Made by a program: the position numbers and the translations under genes. The notes beneath the pieces are model-generated. The model saw nothing but the letters and a program-made list of their open reading frames with translations. It was not told the DNA's origin and did not search any database. A DNA stretch of 32,000 nt from Pseudodesulfovibrio piezophilus C1TLV30 (GTDB lineage Bacteria > Desulfobacterota > Desulfovibrionia > Desulfovibrionales > Desulfovibrionaceae). The stretch lies in NCBI RefSeq assembly GCF_000341895.1, contig NC_020409.1, positions 3,572,411 through 3,604,410 of the forward strand. Direction: 5' to 3'. Each line of letters starts with the position of its first letter. The stretch's first letter is position 1. This document shows, piece by piece, positions 22,451 through 32,000 of this stretch.

Positions 22451-23071
22451 ATGGCAAAAATACAAGTTGTAGATCAGAATAATACGAAAGTGGGCGATAT
22501 CGAACTGTCCCCAGAGGTCTTCGAGGTTGAGATCCAGCCTGAAATCCTCAATATGGTCGTTCGTGCCCAGCGCGCTGCAAAGCGTCAGGGTACCCATGCA
22601 ACAAAGAACCGCGCTCTGAAAACAGGCGGCGGACGCAAACCTTGGCGCCAGAAAGGCACCGGTCGCGCACGTGCAGGTTCTTCCCGTTCGCCTTTGTGGC
22701 GCGGTGGTGCGACGACCTTTGGTCCCCAGCCACGCGACTACTCTTTTAAGGTGAATAAAAAAGTTCGCAAATTGGCCTTGCAAATGGCTTTGTCATCCCG
22801 TGTTTCCGAAGCGAAACTGACAGTGGTGAACACCATTGATCTCACTGAGATCAAAACCAAAGCATTTGCTGCTGTTGCTGACAAGCTCGGCCTCGGCAAG
22901 ACCCTGATCGTCGCAAAGGACGCAGACGAGAAGTTGATCATGTCCGCACGGAACATGCCTCACATCAAGGTCATCGAAGCCGACAAGCTGAATGTTTACG
23001 ACGTGCTGCTGTATCCCGAGCTGGTCATGCTCGAGAGCGCCGCCCAAGACGTTCAAGAGAGGTTGAAGTAA
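22451..23071 (+). CDS. rplD: 50S ribosomal protein L4
   Basis: 206 aa containing GGGRKPWRQKGTGRARAGSSRSPLWRGGATTFGP. Confidence 0.98.
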   Translation: MAKIQVVDQNNTKVGDIELSPEVFEVEIQPEILNMVVRAQRAAKRQGTHATKNRALKTGGGRKPWRQKGTGRARAGSSRSPLWRGGATTFGPQPRDYSFKVNKKVRKLALQMALSSRVSEAKLTVVNTIDLTEIKTKAFAAVADKLGLGKTLIVAKDADEKLIMSARNMPHIKVIEADKLNVYDVLLYPELVMLESAAQDVQERLK

Positions 23072-23361
23072 TGGATTATTCAAAAGTCCTGCTCAAGCCC
23101 GTTGTCTCCGAAAAGGCCAACGATGCGAAAGAGCAATCCAATCACGTCTCTTTTTACGTCCATCCCGATTCTAATAAGGTCGAGGTGAAAAAGGCCGTCG
23201 AGGCAGCCTTTGACGTCAAAGTCGAGTCTGTGAATATTGTCAGGAAAAAAGCCATGCCGCGCAAGAAGTTTGGTCGTGTCACCGGGCGTATCCCCGGTTT
23301 CAAAAAGGCCTACGTCAAGCTTGCCGCTGGCGATAAGATCGAAATCTTCGAAGGAGTGTAA
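23071..23361 (+). CDS. rplW: 50S ribosomal protein L23
   Basis: 96 aa starting LLKPVVSEKA. Its start overlaps the rplD stop by 1 nt (taATG). Confidence 0.96.
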   Translation: MDYSKVLLKPVVSEKANDAKEQSNHVSFYVHPDSNKVEVKKAVEAAFDVKVESVNIVRKKAMPRKKFGRVTGRIPGFKKAYVKLAAGDKIEIFEGV

Positions 23362-23364
23362 ACC

Positions 23365-24195
23365 ATGGCAACCCGTAAGCTGAAGCCTACTTCCCCGGGC
23401 CGCCGGTTCCAGACGATCTCTGATTTTGCAGAGATCACCCGGACCACTCCCGAGAAGTCGCTGACCAAAGGTCTGACCAAAAAGGCCGGTCGTAATAACA
23501 ATGGTCGTGTGACCATGCGTCGTCGCGGTGGCGGGCACAAAACCCTGTACCGTATCATTGATTTCAAACGCAACAAACTTGGCGTACCAGCCAAAGTTGC
23601 CGAAATCGAATATGATCCCAACCGTAGCGCTCGTATCGCTCTGTTGCATTACGCAGACGGTGAAAAGCGTTATATCCTGGCTCCTGTTGGCCTGAATCAG
23701 GGTGACACCATCCTGGCAGGCGAGGGCGCTGACATCAAACCTGGCAATGCCATGTTGTTGTCTCAAGTCCCTACAGGTACCAATGTGCACAATATTGAGT
23801 TGCACCCCGGCAAAGGTGGACAGTTCTGCCGTGCTGCGGGGACTTATGCTCAGTTGATTGCAAAAGAGGGCAAATACGCCTTGTTGCGTATGCCTTCCGG
23901 TGAAGTCCGCAAGGTCCTCGCTACATGCTGTGCAACTGTCGGTCAGGTTGGGAACATACATCACGAGAATATCAAGATCGGTAAGGCCGGTCGTGCCCGT
24001 TGGCTCGGTCGTCGCCCGAAGGTCCGTGGTGTTGCAATGAACCCGATCGATCACCCGCTGGGTGGTGGTGAGGGCCGTAGCTCAGGTGGTCGTCACCCGG
24101 TTTCTCCGTGGGGCGTTCCTGCCAAGGGCTACAAGACCCGCAACAAGAAGAAAGCTTCCTCGAAGCTTATCGTCAAACGCCGCGGCCAGAAGTAG
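23365..24195 (+). CDS. rplB: 50S ribosomal protein L2
   Basis: 276 aa containing [12 protein letters not shown] and [18 protein letters not shown]. Confidence 0.98.
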   Translation: MATRKLKPTSPGRRFQTISDFAEITRTTPEKSLTKGLTKKAGRNNNGRVTMRRRGGGHKTLYRIIDFKRNKLGVPAKVAEIEYDPNRSARIALLHYADGEKRYILAPVGLNQGDTILAGEGADIKPGNAMLLSQVPTGTNVHNIELHPGKGGQFCRAAGTYAQLIAKEGKYALLRMPSGEVRKVLATCCATVGQVGNIHHENIKIGKAGRARWLGRRPKVRGVAMNPIDHPLGGGEGRSSGGRHPVSPWGVPAKGYKTRNKKKASSKLIVKRRGQK

Positions 24196-24206
24196 GAGTA
24201 TACCTC

Positions 24207-24476
24207 ATGCCCAGATCTCTTAAGAAAGGCCCGTTCATTGACGGCCACCTTATGAAGAAAGTAGAAGCCGCTGCCGAAAATCAGGATCGTCGCGTGATCA
24301 AGACTTGGTCTCGCCGTTCCACGATTTTCCCCGAGATGGTCGGTATGACCTTCGCCGTTCATAACGGTCGCAAGTTCATTCCGGTTTTTGTGACCGAAAA
24401 TATGGTTGGTCACAAACTCGGTGAGTTTTCACCCACCCGAACCTATTTCGGCCACGCTGCCGACAAGAAAAAGTAG
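24207..24476 (+). CDS. rpsS: 30S ribosomal protein S19
   Basis: The ATG at 24207 ([15 protein letters not shown]...) is Met34 of track ORF 24108..24476, whose upstream part overlaps rplB. The Shine-Dalgarno sequence aggag is at 24193-24197. Length is 89 aa. Confidence 0.97.
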   Translation: MPRSLKKGPFIDGHLMKKVEAAAENQDRRVIKTWSRRSTIFPEMVGMTFAVHNGRKFIPVFVTENMVGHKLGEFSPTRTYFGHAADKKK

Positions 24477-24488
24477 GGGGAGGACACA

Positions 24489-24821
24489 ATGGAAGCTAAA
24501 GCAGTCGCAAAATATATTCGCGTATCTCCGCGAAAGACTCGTCTTGTTGCTGACAACATCAAAGGCAAGGGCGTCGAAGACGCTCTCAACATTCTCCGGT
24601 TTACTCCGAAGAAATCTGCCAAGATACTCAGCAAGGTTCTGTTCTCTGCTATTTCGAATGCAGAGCAGATGCCCGGAGTGGATGTTGATTCTCTGATTGT
24701 TGATTCGATCATGGTCAACGAAGGTCCGACCTGGAAACGCATTCAGCCACGTGCCATGGGCCGTGCCTATCGTATCCGCAAGCGTACCAGCCATATCACC
24801 ATCGTAGTGAAGGAACAGTAG
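24489..24821 (+). CDS. rplV: 50S ribosomal protein L22
   Basis: 110 aa containing [16 protein letters not shown] and [13 protein letters not shown]. Confidence 0.97.
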   Translation: MEAKAVAKYIRVSPRKTRLVADNIKGKGVEDALNILRFTPKKSAKILSKVLFSAISNAEQMPGVDVDSLIVDSIMVNEGPTWKRIQPRAMGRAYRIRKRTSHITIVVKEQ

Positions 24822-24822
24822 T

Positions 24823-25464
24823 ATGGGACAGAAAGTACATCCTTACGGTTTTCGTCTGGGGTATAACAAGAATTGGGTGTCCCGCTGGTACAGCAAGAAG
24901 GATTACCCTGCGTTCGTCCTTCAGGACGACCAGATCCGCAAGTTCGTTAAAAAGAAACTTTACCAAGCCGGTATCGCTCGTCTCGAGATCGAGCGTGCAG
25001 GAGGTAAGATTCGCCTGATCATCCACACAGCGCGTCCTGGTATTGTTATCGGTCGCAAAGGTGTTGAGATAGAAAAGCTGCGCGAAGAGTTGCGTAGCAA
25101 GTTTCAAACTGAATTCACCATTGAGGTCAACGAGATCCGTCGACCGGAGGTTGAAGCTCAGCTCGTAGCTGAGAACATTGCCCAACAACTCGAACGTCGA
25201 ATTGCTTTCCGCCGTGCCATGAAGCGTACGGTGGGCCTTGCCAGGAAATTCGGCGCAGAGGGTATCAAAGTTGCGTGCGCAGGCCGGCTTGCCGGTGCTG
25301 AGATTGCTCGTGGCGAATGGTATCGTGACGGGCGTGTGCCCTTGCACACTCTTCGTGCCGACATCGACTACGGTTTTGCCGAAGCTGCTACCACCTACGG
25401 CGTTATCGGAGTCAAGGTCTGGATCTTCAAAGGTGAGATTCTGGACAAAGAGGTAGAACAGTAA
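24823..25464 (+). CDS. rpsC: 30S ribosomal protein S3
   Basis: 213 aa starting [13 protein letters not shown], with a KH domain and [27 protein letters not shown]. Confidence 0.98.
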   Translation: MGQKVHPYGFRLGYNKNWVSRWYSKKDYPAFVLQDDQIRKFVKKKLYQAGIARLEIERAGGKIRLIIHTARPGIVIGRKGVEIEKLREELRSKFQTEFTIEVNEIRRPEVEAQLVAENIAQQLERRIAFRRAMKRTVGLARKFGAEGIKVACAGRLAGAEIARGEWYRDGRVPLHTLRADIDYGFAEAATTYGVIGVKVWIFKGEILDKEVEQ

Positions 25465-25877
25465 TGCTTGCTCCAAAAAGAGTTAAATTCAGAAAGCGGC
25501 AGAAAGGCCGCCTCAGAGGCAAGGCCCAACGGGGTAACAGTGTGTCCTTCGGCGAAATCGGCCTGAAGGCATTGGAGCACGGAAAGATCACCAGCCAGCA
25601 GATTGAGTCCGCTCGTGTCGCTATCATGCGTCACATCAAGCGCGGCGGTCAGGTCTGGATTCGCATCTTCCCTGATTTCCCCGTCACCTCCAAGCCCGCG
25701 GAAGTCCGCATGGGTAAGGGTAAAGGTGCTCCCGAAGGTTGGGTTGCACCGGTGAAACCGGGTCGTATCATGTACGAAGTGAAAGGTGTTGATATCGAAC
25801 TTGCCAAGGAAGCTCTCAAGCGCGCTTCCTACAAGTTGCCTATCAAGACTGCTATCGTTGTGAAGGAGGGTATGTAA
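25464..25877 (+). CDS. rplP: 50S ribosomal protein L16
   Basis: 137 aa starting [16 protein letters not shown] and containing [15 protein letters not shown]. Its start overlaps the rpsC stop by 1 nt. Confidence 0.98.
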   Translation: MLAPKRVKFRKRQKGRLRGKAQRGNSVSFGEIGLKALEHGKITSQQIESARVAIMRHIKRGGQVWIRIFPDFPVTSKPAEVRMGKGKGAPEGWVAPVKPGRIMYEVKGVDIELAKEALKRASYKLPIKTAIVVKEGM

Positions 25878-26072
25878 ATGCTGACTTCCAAGGAACTTCG
25901 TGAACTGGATGACGCAAAGCTCATCGAAAAACTGACAGAGTCTCGTCATGATCTGTTCAGCATGCGTTTCAAACACGCTACTGCACAGCTTGAGAACACC
26001 CGTCAGTTGAGCGACGTCAAAAAGACCATCGCCCGTATCCTGACTATTCAGCGGGAACGACAGGGAGCGTAA
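25878..26072 (+). CDS. rpmC: 50S ribosomal protein L29
   Basis: 64 aa containing ELRELDDAKLIEKL, LFSMRFKHATAQLENT and IARILT. It abuts the rplP stop. Confidence 0.95.
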   Translation: MLTSKELRELDDAKLIEKLTESRHDLFSMRFKHATAQLENTRQLSDVKKTIARILTIQRERQGA

Positions 26073-26076
26073 AGAA

Positions 26077-26343
26077 ATGGCTGAGTTCAAATACAAAGGC
26101 AACAGGCGTGTGCTTACCGGCCTGGTTATCTCTGACAAGGCGGACAAGACAATTGTTGTTCGTGTCGAGACCCTGGTGAAGCATCCTCTGCTGAAGAAGT
26201 ATATTCGTCGCCGTAAAAAGTTCATGGCCCATGATCCGGCTAATGACTGCGGTATTGGCGATAAGGTGCAGATCGTTGAATCGAGGCCCATGTCCCGGCG
26301 TAAGCGCTGGCACCTGGTTCAGATCCTCGAAAAGGCCATCTAA
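26077..26343 (+). CDS. rpsQ: 30S ribosomal protein S17
   Basis: 88 aa containing LTGLVISDKADKTIVVRVE, KKFMAHD and GDKVQIVESRPMSRRKRW. Confidence 0.97.
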   Translation: MAEFKYKGNRRVLTGLVISDKADKTIVVRVETLVKHPLLKKYIRRRKKFMAHDPANDCGIGDKVQIVESRPMSRRKRWHLVQILEKAI

Positions 26344-26361
26344 GGGTTAGGAGGAAATACC

Positions 26362-26730
26362 ATGATTCAGGTTGAATCCAAACTCGACGTGGCTGACAAC
26401 TCCGGAGCCAAGAAGGTCTCCTGCATCAAGGTGCTTGGTGGTTCCAAGCGTCGTTATGCCAGCGTCGGTGATATTATTGTTGTGTCTATCAAAGAAGCCA
26501 TGCCTCATTCCAAAGTGAAGAAAGGCTCGGTTATGAAGGCAGTTGTCGTTCGCACCAAAAAGGAACTCGGTCGTCCCGATGGTTCCTATATAAAGTTCGA
26601 CAACAATTCCGCCGTGCTGCTCAATGCCAACATGGAGCCTGTCGGGACCCGTATTTTCGGTCCCGTAGCTCGTGAATTGCGTGCAGCCGGTTTCATGAAG
26701 ATCGTTTCCCTCGCCCCCGAGGTCCTGTAA
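26362..26730 (+). CDS. rplN: 50S ribosomal protein L14
   Basis: 122 aa starting [19 protein letters not shown]. It ends in a conserved L14 C-terminus. Confidence 0.98.
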   Translation: MIQVESKLDVADNSGAKKVSCIKVLGGSKRRYASVGDIIVVSIKEAMPHSKVKKGSVMKAVVVRTKKELGRPDGSYIKFDNNSAVLLNANMEPVGTRIFGPVARELRAAGFMKIVSLAPEVL

Positions 26731-26739
26731 AAGGATATA

Positions 26740-27063
26740 ATGATGAAGACGAAGATTCGTAAAGACGACAAAGTCATGGTCATCGCCGGGAAGGACAAGG
26801 GAAAGATCGGCAAGGTGCTCAAGATTCTGGTCAAGAAGGACAAAGTCCTGGTTGAGAAAGTCAACATGGTCCAGCGTCACACCAAAGCCAATCCCTATGC
26901 CCAGCAGCCTGGCGGAATTATCGAGAAGGAAGCCCCGATCCATGTATCCAATGTGGCTATTGTATGCGATGCATGCACCAAGCCCACGCGGGTCGGGTAC
27001 AAGAAGACTGAAGATGGGAAGAAAGTTCGCTTCTGCAAGAAGTGCAACGAAATCTTCAAATAG
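26740..27063 (+). CDS. rplX: 50S ribosomal protein L24 (C-terminus carries CxxC-X19-CxxC)
   Basis: 107 aa containing [22 protein letters not shown] (KOW) and [18 protein letters not shown]. The start is ambiguous between the tandem ATGs at 26740 and 26743. Confidence 0.96.
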   Translation: MMKTKIRKDDKVMVIAGKDKGKIGKVLKILVKKDKVLVEKVNMVQRHTKANPYAQQPGGIIEKEAPIHVSNVAIVCDACTKPTRVGYKKTEDGKKVRFCKKCNEIFK

Positions 27064-27071
27064 GTATCAGT

Positions 27072-27611
27072 ATGACACGTCTCGAAAAAGTATATATTGA
27101 AAAGGTGGTCCCCGAGCTTCAAAAAGAGTTCGGTTACAGTTCCTCCATGGAGATCCCGAAATTGACAAAGATCTCCTTGAACATCGGACTTGGTGCAGCT
27201 AGCCAGAACAGCAAGCTCATTGAACCCGCTGTTGCAGAGCTGACTGCCATTGCCGGCCAAAAGGCCGTCGTTACCAAGGCCAAGAAGTCCATCGCGCAGT
27301 TTAAACTGCGCGAGGGCATGCCTATCGGTACGCGCGTTACGCTGCGTAGTGATAACATGTGGGATTTCTATGACAGGCTCGTGAGCTTCGCTCTGCCCCG
27401 TGTCCGCGACTTTCGCGGAATCCCCGACCGTGGTTTTGACGGTCGTGGAAACTTCACGATGGGCATCAAGGAACACACTATATTCCCTGAGCTTGATATT
27501 GATAAGGTTGAGTTAGTTAAGGGTATGAACGTGACTGTGTGCACGTCTGCTAAAACTGACAAAGAGGGCAAGATGCTGCTTGACCTCCTTGGCATGCCCT
27601 TTAAAAAGTAG
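27072..27611 (+). CDS. rplE: 50S ribosomal protein L5
   Basis: The ATG at 27072 ([16 protein letters not shown]...) is Met11 of track ORF 27042..27611, whose upstream part overlaps the rplX 3' end. Length is 179 aa. The protein contains [27 protein letters not shown]. Confidence 0.97.
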   Translation: MTRLEKVYIEKVVPELQKEFGYSSSMEIPKLTKISLNIGLGAASQNSKLIEPAVAELTAIAGQKAVVTKAKKSIAQFKLREGMPIGTRVTLRSDNMWDFYDRLVSFALPRVRDFRGIPDRGFDGRGNFTMGIKEHTIFPELDIDKVELVKGMNVTVCTSAKTDKEGKMLLDLLGMPFKK

Positions 27612-27622
27612 GAGGACGGAAA

Positions 27623-27808
27623 GTGGCCAAAACAAGCATTCGCGTTAAGGCACGCCGCACACCCAAGTTCAAGGTTCGTGCTTACAATCGTTGTCCGATC
27701 TGTGGCCGTCCTCGTGCTTTTCTGAGGCGTTACGGCATCTGCCGTATCTGCTTCCGTAACAAGGCTCTCGCCGGGGAACTTCCTGGCGTCCGCAAGGCGA
27801 GCTGGTAA
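27623..27808 (+). CDS. rpsN: 30S ribosomal protein S14, short zinc-binding type Z (61 aa)
   Basis: The start codon is GTG. The protein has CPICGRP...CRICFR (CxxC-X12-CxxC) and the C-terminus GVRKASW. Confidence 0.96.
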   Translation: MAKTSIRVKARRTPKFKVRAYNRCPICGRPRAFLRRYGICRICFRNKALAGELPGVRKASW

Positions 27809-27823
27809 TTAAGGAGAAAAGAA

Positions 27824-28207
27824 ATGGCTGTTGTTGATCCTGTAGCCGATATGTTGACCCGCATCCGGAATGCGTATGGCGCGTACCATAAGGACCTCGC
27901 CGTACCCACTTCCAAGATCAAAGCGTCTATCGCGGGTATTTTGAAAGAAGAAGGTTATATCACCGACTACGCTGTCGAGGACAGGGACATCAGTATTACC
28001 CTCAAATACGCTGAAGGCAAACCGCTGGTGACTGGTCTCAAGAAGATCAGCAAGCCCGGTCGTCGCGTATATGTTGGTGCATCTGATATCCCCCGCGTGC
28101 AGAATGGTATCGGTATTTGTATCGTGTCCACCTCCAAGGGGCTCATGGAAGGCGCCAAGGCCAAAGCGGCCAACGTCGGCGGCGAGCTGCTGGCTGAAAT
28201 CTGGTAG
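27824..28207 (+). CDS. rpsH: 30S ribosomal protein S8
   Basis: 127 aa containing DPVADMLTRIRNA, with the C-terminus GGELLAEIW. Confidence 0.98.
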   Translation: MAVVDPVADMLTRIRNAYGAYHKDLAVPTSKIKASIAGILKEEGYITDYAVEDRDISITLKYAEGKPLVTGLKKISKPGRRVYVGASDIPRVQNGIGICIVSTSKGLMEGAKAKAANVGGELLAEIW

Positions 28208-28218
28208 AGAGGTTCCAA

Positions 28219-28755
28219 ATGTCTCGTATAGGAAAGAATCCCATCGACATCCCTTCCGGTGTCGAGGTGTCAGTTGGAGCCTCCGAGATCCAAGTCAAGG
28301 GGCCCAAGGGAACCTTGCAGACTCCGGTTCATGAAACCGTTGAGTACAAGGTCGAAGATGGCAAGGTGTTTGTTTCCCGCATCAATGATTCTCGCAGCGC
28401 ACGTGGACAGCACGGACTTCGTCGTTCATTGCTTGCCAATTGCGTTGAAGGTGTTTCTAAAGGCTTCTCGAAAGCCTTGGAAGTCATCGGTGTCGGTTAC
28501 AAGGTGTCCGTGCAAGGCCAAAAGATTATTCTCAATGTCGGATTTTCACATCCGGTTGAGTTTGATCTCCCAGCAGGTATCGATGCAAAAGTGGAAGGCG
28601 CCAAGCTGACCATCGAAGGTATCGATAAGCAACTTGTCGGTGAAGTTGCGGCACAGATCCGCCGCGTACGTCCGCCGGAACCCTATAAGGGCAAGGGCAT
28701 CAAGTACGTTGACGAAATCATCCGCCGCAAAGCCGGTAAGTCCGGCTCGAAGTAG
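28219..28755 (+). CDS. rplF: 50S ribosomal protein L6
   Basis: 178 aa starting [17 protein letters not shown] and containing [11 protein letters not shown]. Confidence 0.98.
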   Translation: MSRIGKNPIDIPSGVEVSVGASEIQVKGPKGTLQTPVHETVEYKVEDGKVFVSRINDSRSARGQHGLRRSLLANCVEGVSKGFSKALEVIGVGYKVSVQGQKIILNVGFSHPVEFDLPAGIDAKVEGAKLTIEGIDKQLVGEVAAQIRRVRPPEPYKGKGIKYVDEIIRRKAGKSGSK

Positions 28756-28766
28756 GGGTAATAGCC

Positions 28767-29126
28767 ATGAGTAAAAGCAAAAATGCACAGCGGCTTCTTC
28801 GGAAGCCCCGCATTAGAAAGAAGATCTCCGGTACCGAAGTGCGACCGCGCTTGGTCGTCTTCCGCTCCAACCAGCATCTCTATGCTCAGTTGGTGGATGA
28901 CGTGAACGGCGTGACCTTGGCCGCTTCCAGCACTCAGGTGCTTGGCAAGGAAGGCGAGGCCCTTAAGGCCAACAAGGATTCCGCTGCTCTGGTAGGCAAG
29001 GATATTGCCACCAAGGCTCTGGAAAAGAAGATTGAATCTGTCGTCTTCGACCGGAATGGATATATCTATCACGGCAAGGTCAAAGCTCTTGCCGACGGCG
29101 CCCGCGAAGGCGGGCTGAAATTCTAG
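28767..29126 (+). CDS. rplR: 50S ribosomal protein L18
   Basis: 119 aa containing [43 protein letters not shown]. Confidence 0.97.
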   Translation: MSKSKNAQRLLRKPRIRKKISGTEVRPRLVVFRSNQHLYAQLVDDVNGVTLAASSTQVLGKEGEALKANKDSAALVGKDIATKALEKKIESVVFDRNGYIYHGKVKALADGAREGGLKF

Positions 29127-29143
29127 GTAGCTAGGAAAGTACA

Positions 29144-29635
29144 ATGGAACAAAATGAAAGTGGACTGATAGAAAAAATCGTCTACCTCAATCGCGTCGCC
29201 AAGGTTGTGAAAGGTGGCCGCCGTTTCAGCTTCAGCTGCCTGGTGGTCGTCGGTGACGGTGAAGGTGGTGTTGGATACGGACTGGGGAAGGCGAATGAAG
29301 TGCCTGAGGCTATCCGTAAGGCGAGTGAACGTGCTAAGAAGAACATGATTCAGGTTCCTCTGCTTGACGGCACTCTGCCGTACGAGGTCTTGGGCCGTTA
29401 TGGAGCAGGACGCGTTATGCTGAAGCCTGCTTCGCGTGGTACTGGTATCATTGCCGGTGGTCCTGTTCGTGCGATCATGGAGGCCGTTGGTGTCCATGAC
29501 ATCCTGACCAAGGCAATTGGCACCAATAATCCGCACAATGTGTTGCGTGCCACTATCGCCGGTCTCGAATCCCTGCGTAGTGCCGAGGAAGTTGCCGCTT
29601 TGCGTGGTGTCCCGGTCTCTACGCCGAGAAAGTAA
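29144..29635 (+). CDS. rpsE: 30S ribosomal protein S5
   Basis: 163 aa containing [40 protein letters not shown]. Confidence 0.98.
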   Translation: MEQNESGLIEKIVYLNRVAKVVKGGRRFSFSCLVVVGDGEGGVGYGLGKANEVPEAIRKASERAKKNMIQVPLLDGTLPYEVLGRYGAGRVMLKPASRGTGIIAGGPVRAIMEAVGVHDILTKAIGTNNPHNVLRATIAGLESLRSAEEVAALRGVPVSTPRK

Positions 29636-29647
29636 AGGAGATTCGCC

Positions 29648-29821
29648 GTGTTGAAAGTTAAAATGATCAAAAGCAAGATTGCGTGCAAGCCTGACCAGGT
29701 AAGAACTCTGGAAGCTCTGGGCCTGCGCAAGATTCGCCAGGAGAAGACTCATGATGACAATCCTGTCATCAGGGGAATGATCTATAAGGTGAGACATCTG
29801 GTGGAGGTAACTGAGTCATGA
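29648..29821 (+). CDS. rpmD: 50S ribosomal protein L30 (57 aa, absent from the ORF track)
   Basis: The GTG at 29648 lies 8 nt after the Shine-Dalgarno sequence aaggag. Hand translation gives [57 protein letters not shown]. The TGA stop (29819-29821) overlaps the rplO ATG (ATGA). The alternative ATG at 29663 would give 52 aa. Confidence 0.88.
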   Translation: MLKVKMIKSKIACKPDQVRTLEALGLRKIRQEKTHDDNPVIRGMIYKVRHLVEVTES

Positions 29822-30264
29822 GACTTCATGAACTGTATGCATTCCCGGAAGAATACAAACAGCGCCGTCGTATAGGTCGTGGCTCAGGCTCCGGCTCGGG
29901 CAAGACTTCCGGCAAAGGACACAAAGGACAGAACTCCCGCGCAGGTGGGGGCGTCCGTCCTGGGTTTGAAGGCGGCCAAATGCCTTTGGCTCGTCGTCTG
30001 CCCAAGCGCGGTTTCAAAAATCCCTTCCGTGTTGAATATGAAGCCGTCAATGTGGGCCGTCTGATTGCCCTCTTCGAAGGCAAGGACGAGATCACTCTCG
30101 CTGACATGTATGAACGCGGCGTTGTCAAAGATGGCGCTCCCGTGAAGGTGCTCGGCAATGGAGAAGTGACTCAGGCTGTGACCATTGAAGCTCATCGTTT
30201 CAGTGCTTCTGCTGCCGACAAGATCGCCAAGGCCGGCGGTAACGCCAAGGCCGTTGAAGGCTAA
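29818..30264 (+). CDS. rplO: 50S ribosomal protein L15
   Basis: 148 aa with a Gly/Arg-rich N-terminus (RIGRGSGSGSGKTSGKGHKGQNSRAGGGVRPGFEGGQMPLARRLPKRGF). Confidence 0.97.
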   Translation: MRLHELYAFPEEYKQRRRIGRGSGSGSGKTSGKGHKGQNSRAGGGVRPGFEGGQMPLARRLPKRGFKNPFRVEYEAVNVGRLIALFEGKDEITLADMYERGVVKDGAPVKVLGNGEVTQAVTIEAHRFSASAADKIAKAGGNAKAVEG

Positions 30265-30290
30265 CTCTCTAGAGTATCGGAAGGGTTATT

Positions 30291-31598
30291 GTGTCGATGT
30301 CAGGAGTTGAGAATCTTGCCCGAGTGCCAGAGTTGAAAAATAAATTGCTCTGGACGTTCGCATTGCTTGCTGTCTACCGGATGGGCATCCATATCCCTAT
30401 TCCAGGCGTCGACAGCGCAGCGCTTGCCGAATTTTTCGCGCAGGCGCAGAACACTCTCTTCGGGATATTCGATATGTTCTCGGGCGGTGGGCTTTCCAAA
30501 ATGTCCATCTTTGCCTTGGGCATCATGCCCTACATCTCGGCTTCCATTATTCTTCAACTCCTGACAGTCGTGTCGCCCGAGTTGAAGCGCCTCCAAAAGG
30601 AGGAAGGGGAAGCCGGGCGGAAAAAAATAACCCAGTACACCAGATATGGTACCGTTCTCATTACCGTGGTGCAGGGCTTTGCCATTGCATCCGGTCTTGA
30701 GTCCGCTGCCAGTCCCACCGGGGCACCTATGGTCATCGATCCAGGCTGGGGGTTCAAGTTGATAACTATCTTGACCCTCACCTCCGGTACCGTGTTCCTG
30801 ATGTGGCTGGGTGAACAAATGACTGAAAAGGGAATCGGAAACGGTATTTCCCTGATCATCTATGCAGGTATTGTGGCAGGGCTACCTGGTGCTATTTCAA
30901 AAACCGTGCAGTTGATGACAGTTGGAGAAATCTCTCTGTTTGTTCTCTTGTTCATAGGACTCTTCATGGCCGCTATTTTGGCGTTCATTGTCTTTATGGA
31001 ACGGGGACAACGCAGGATTCCGATTCACTATGCTAAGCGTCAGCAGGGAAGACGTATGTTTGGTGGGCAGACGACACATTTGCCCCTTAAGATTAACACT
31101 GCTGGTGTTATTCCGCCAATCTTCGCTTCTTCCATTCTGATGTTTCCAGCGACTGTTGCACAGTTTTCGAATGTGCAGTGGTTGAAGGACATCGCGTCGT
31201 TTATGACCCCGAGTTCCATCATTTATAACATTTTATTTGTTGGAATTGTCATCTTCTTCTGTTACTTCTACACGGCAATCATGTTTGACCCAAAAGGAAT
31301 AGCAGAGAATATTCAAAAGCAAGGTGGCTTTATACCGGGCATTCGTCCGGGTAACCGCACCCGAGAGTATATCGATAAGGTGCTGGCTAGAATCACTTTG
31401 TGGGGTGCTTTTTACGTCGCGTTTGTGTGTGTTGTACCCATGTTTTTGATCTCGAACTTTGGAGTTCCGTTTTATTTTGGTGGAACTTCCCTCTTGATCG
31501 TTGTGGGTGTAGCCATGGACTTCATGGGCCAGATCGAATCCTACCTGATTTCGCGTCAGTATGAGGGTTTGATGGGCAAAGCTGGAAAAGGACGTTAA
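30291..31598 (+). CDS. secY: Preprotein translocase subunit SecY
   Basis: 435 aa, polytopic, containing GIMPYISASIILQLL and FLMWLGEQMTEKGIGNGISLII. The GTG at 30291 is 5 nt after ggaaggg. An alternative ATG lies at 30297. Confidence 0.97.
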   Translation: MSMSGVENLARVPELKNKLLWTFALLAVYRMGIHIPIPGVDSAALAEFFAQAQNTLFGIFDMFSGGGLSKMSIFALGIMPYISASIILQLLTVVSPELKRLQKEEGEAGRKKITQYTRYGTVLITVVQGFAIASGLESAASPTGAPMVIDPGWGFKLITILTLTSGTVFLMWLGEQMTEKGIGNGISLIIYAGIVAGLPGAISKTVQLMTVGEISLFVLLFIGLFMAAILAFIVFMERGQRRIPIHYAKRQQGRRMFGGQTTHLPLKINTAGVIPPIFASSILMFPATVAQFSNVQWLKDIASFMTPSSIIYNILFVGIVIFFCYFYTAIMFDPKGIAENIQKQGGFIPGIRPGNRTREYIDKVLARITLWGAFYVAFVCVVPMFLISNFGVPFYFGGTSLLIVVGVAMDFMGQIESYLISRQYEGLMGKAGKGR

Positions 31599-31600
31599 CC

Positions 31601-32000
31601 TTGAAGAAATTCAGGGGCGTGTTCCTCAAAAACGAAAAAGAGATTGGCCTCATGCGTGAGGCCAATCGTATTGTTTCAAGAATACTCGATGAGCTTGGTG
31701 AAAACGTCAAACCTGGCGTTCCCACAATTCTCTTTGAGGAGATTTGCCGGACACGGTGCGCTGAGTACAATGTGCGTCCTGCATTTCTGGGGTATCAGGG
31801 TTTTCCTTTTGCCCTTTGTTGTTCTGTAAACGAAGAGATTGTTCATGGATTTCCCTCTGACAAACGCATCCTTCAGGAAGGCGATATTGTCAGCTTTGAT
31901 ATGGGAGTCGTATTCAATGGTTTTTACGGCGATTCAGCTCGCACCTTTGGTGTGGGGGCTGTTGATCCTGAAACAAAAAAACTCATGGACGTAACTCGTG
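31601..32000 (+). CDS. map: Methionine aminopeptidase type I, N-terminal part (runs off the 3' window edge, absent from the ORF track)
   Basis: Hand translation from the TTG at 31601 gives MKKFRGVFLKNEKEIGLMREANRIVSRILDELGENVKPGV...FLGYQGFPFALCCSVNEEIVHGFPSDKRILQEGDIVSFDMGVVFNGFYGDSARTF, which are MetAP-I hallmarks. The frame stays open to position 32000. The start codon is uncertain (TTG, 2 nt after the secY stop). Confidence 0.85.
   Translation, partial: MKKFRGVFLKNEKEIGLMREANRIVSRILDELGENVKPGVPTILFEEICRTRCAEYNVRPAFLGYQGFPFALCCSVNEEIVHGFPSDKRILQEGDIVSFDMGVVFNGFYGDSARTFGVGAVDPETKKLMDVTR

Noticed and set aside
23080-26943. Series of 198-324-aa minus-strand ORFs (23080..24054, 24796..25476, 25395..26291, 26347..26943) opposite the rplW-rplX genes
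   Set aside because: Each shares the codon phase of the r-protein gene(s) it overlaps (phase 1, 1, 0 and 1 mod 3 respectively). They are mirror-frame artefacts of strong codon bias.

Overview
This window is almost entirely core housekeeping DNA, and I found no convincing novel or accessory system. There are no mobile elements, CRISPR arrays, integrases, toxin-antitoxin pairs or defence-like genes. Layout: (1) The 5' edge carries the end of a [NiFe]-hydrogenase maturation operon, hypD (partial) and hypE. (2) Two minus-strand genes converge on it, a CheV-type CheW/receiver fusion and a Dus-family tRNA-dihydrouridine synthase. (3) From 4311 to the window end every gene is on the + strand, in this order: tRNA-Thr(UGU), tRNA-Tyr(GUA), tRNA-Gly(UCC), tuf, rpmG, tRNA-Trp(CCA), secE, nusG, rplK, rplA, rplJ, rplL, rpoB, rpoC, rpsL, rpsG, fusA, then rpsJ through rplO (S10 and spc clusters), secY and map (3' partial). 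Three real genes are missing from the supplied ORF track and were found by reading the sequence: rpmG (6001..6150), rpmD (29648..29821) and map (31601..32000). Four track ORFs have spurious N-terminal extensions (hypE, rpsL, rpsG, rpsS, rplE are re-started at internal Met codons preceded by Shine-Dalgarno sequences). The gene content and protein sequences look like a sulfate-reducing Desulfovibrionales-type bacterium, but that is a recollection-based guess I cannot verify here. The findings are modest. They cover a four-cysteine CxxC-X19-CxxC motif in ribosomal protein L24, several structured leaders and spacers at positions where E. coli has r-protein autoregulatory sites, a strong terminator separating the tRNA cluster from tuf, and the fused operon architecture. 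The many long antisense ORFs are codon-aligned mirror frames of highly expressed genes and are rejected.
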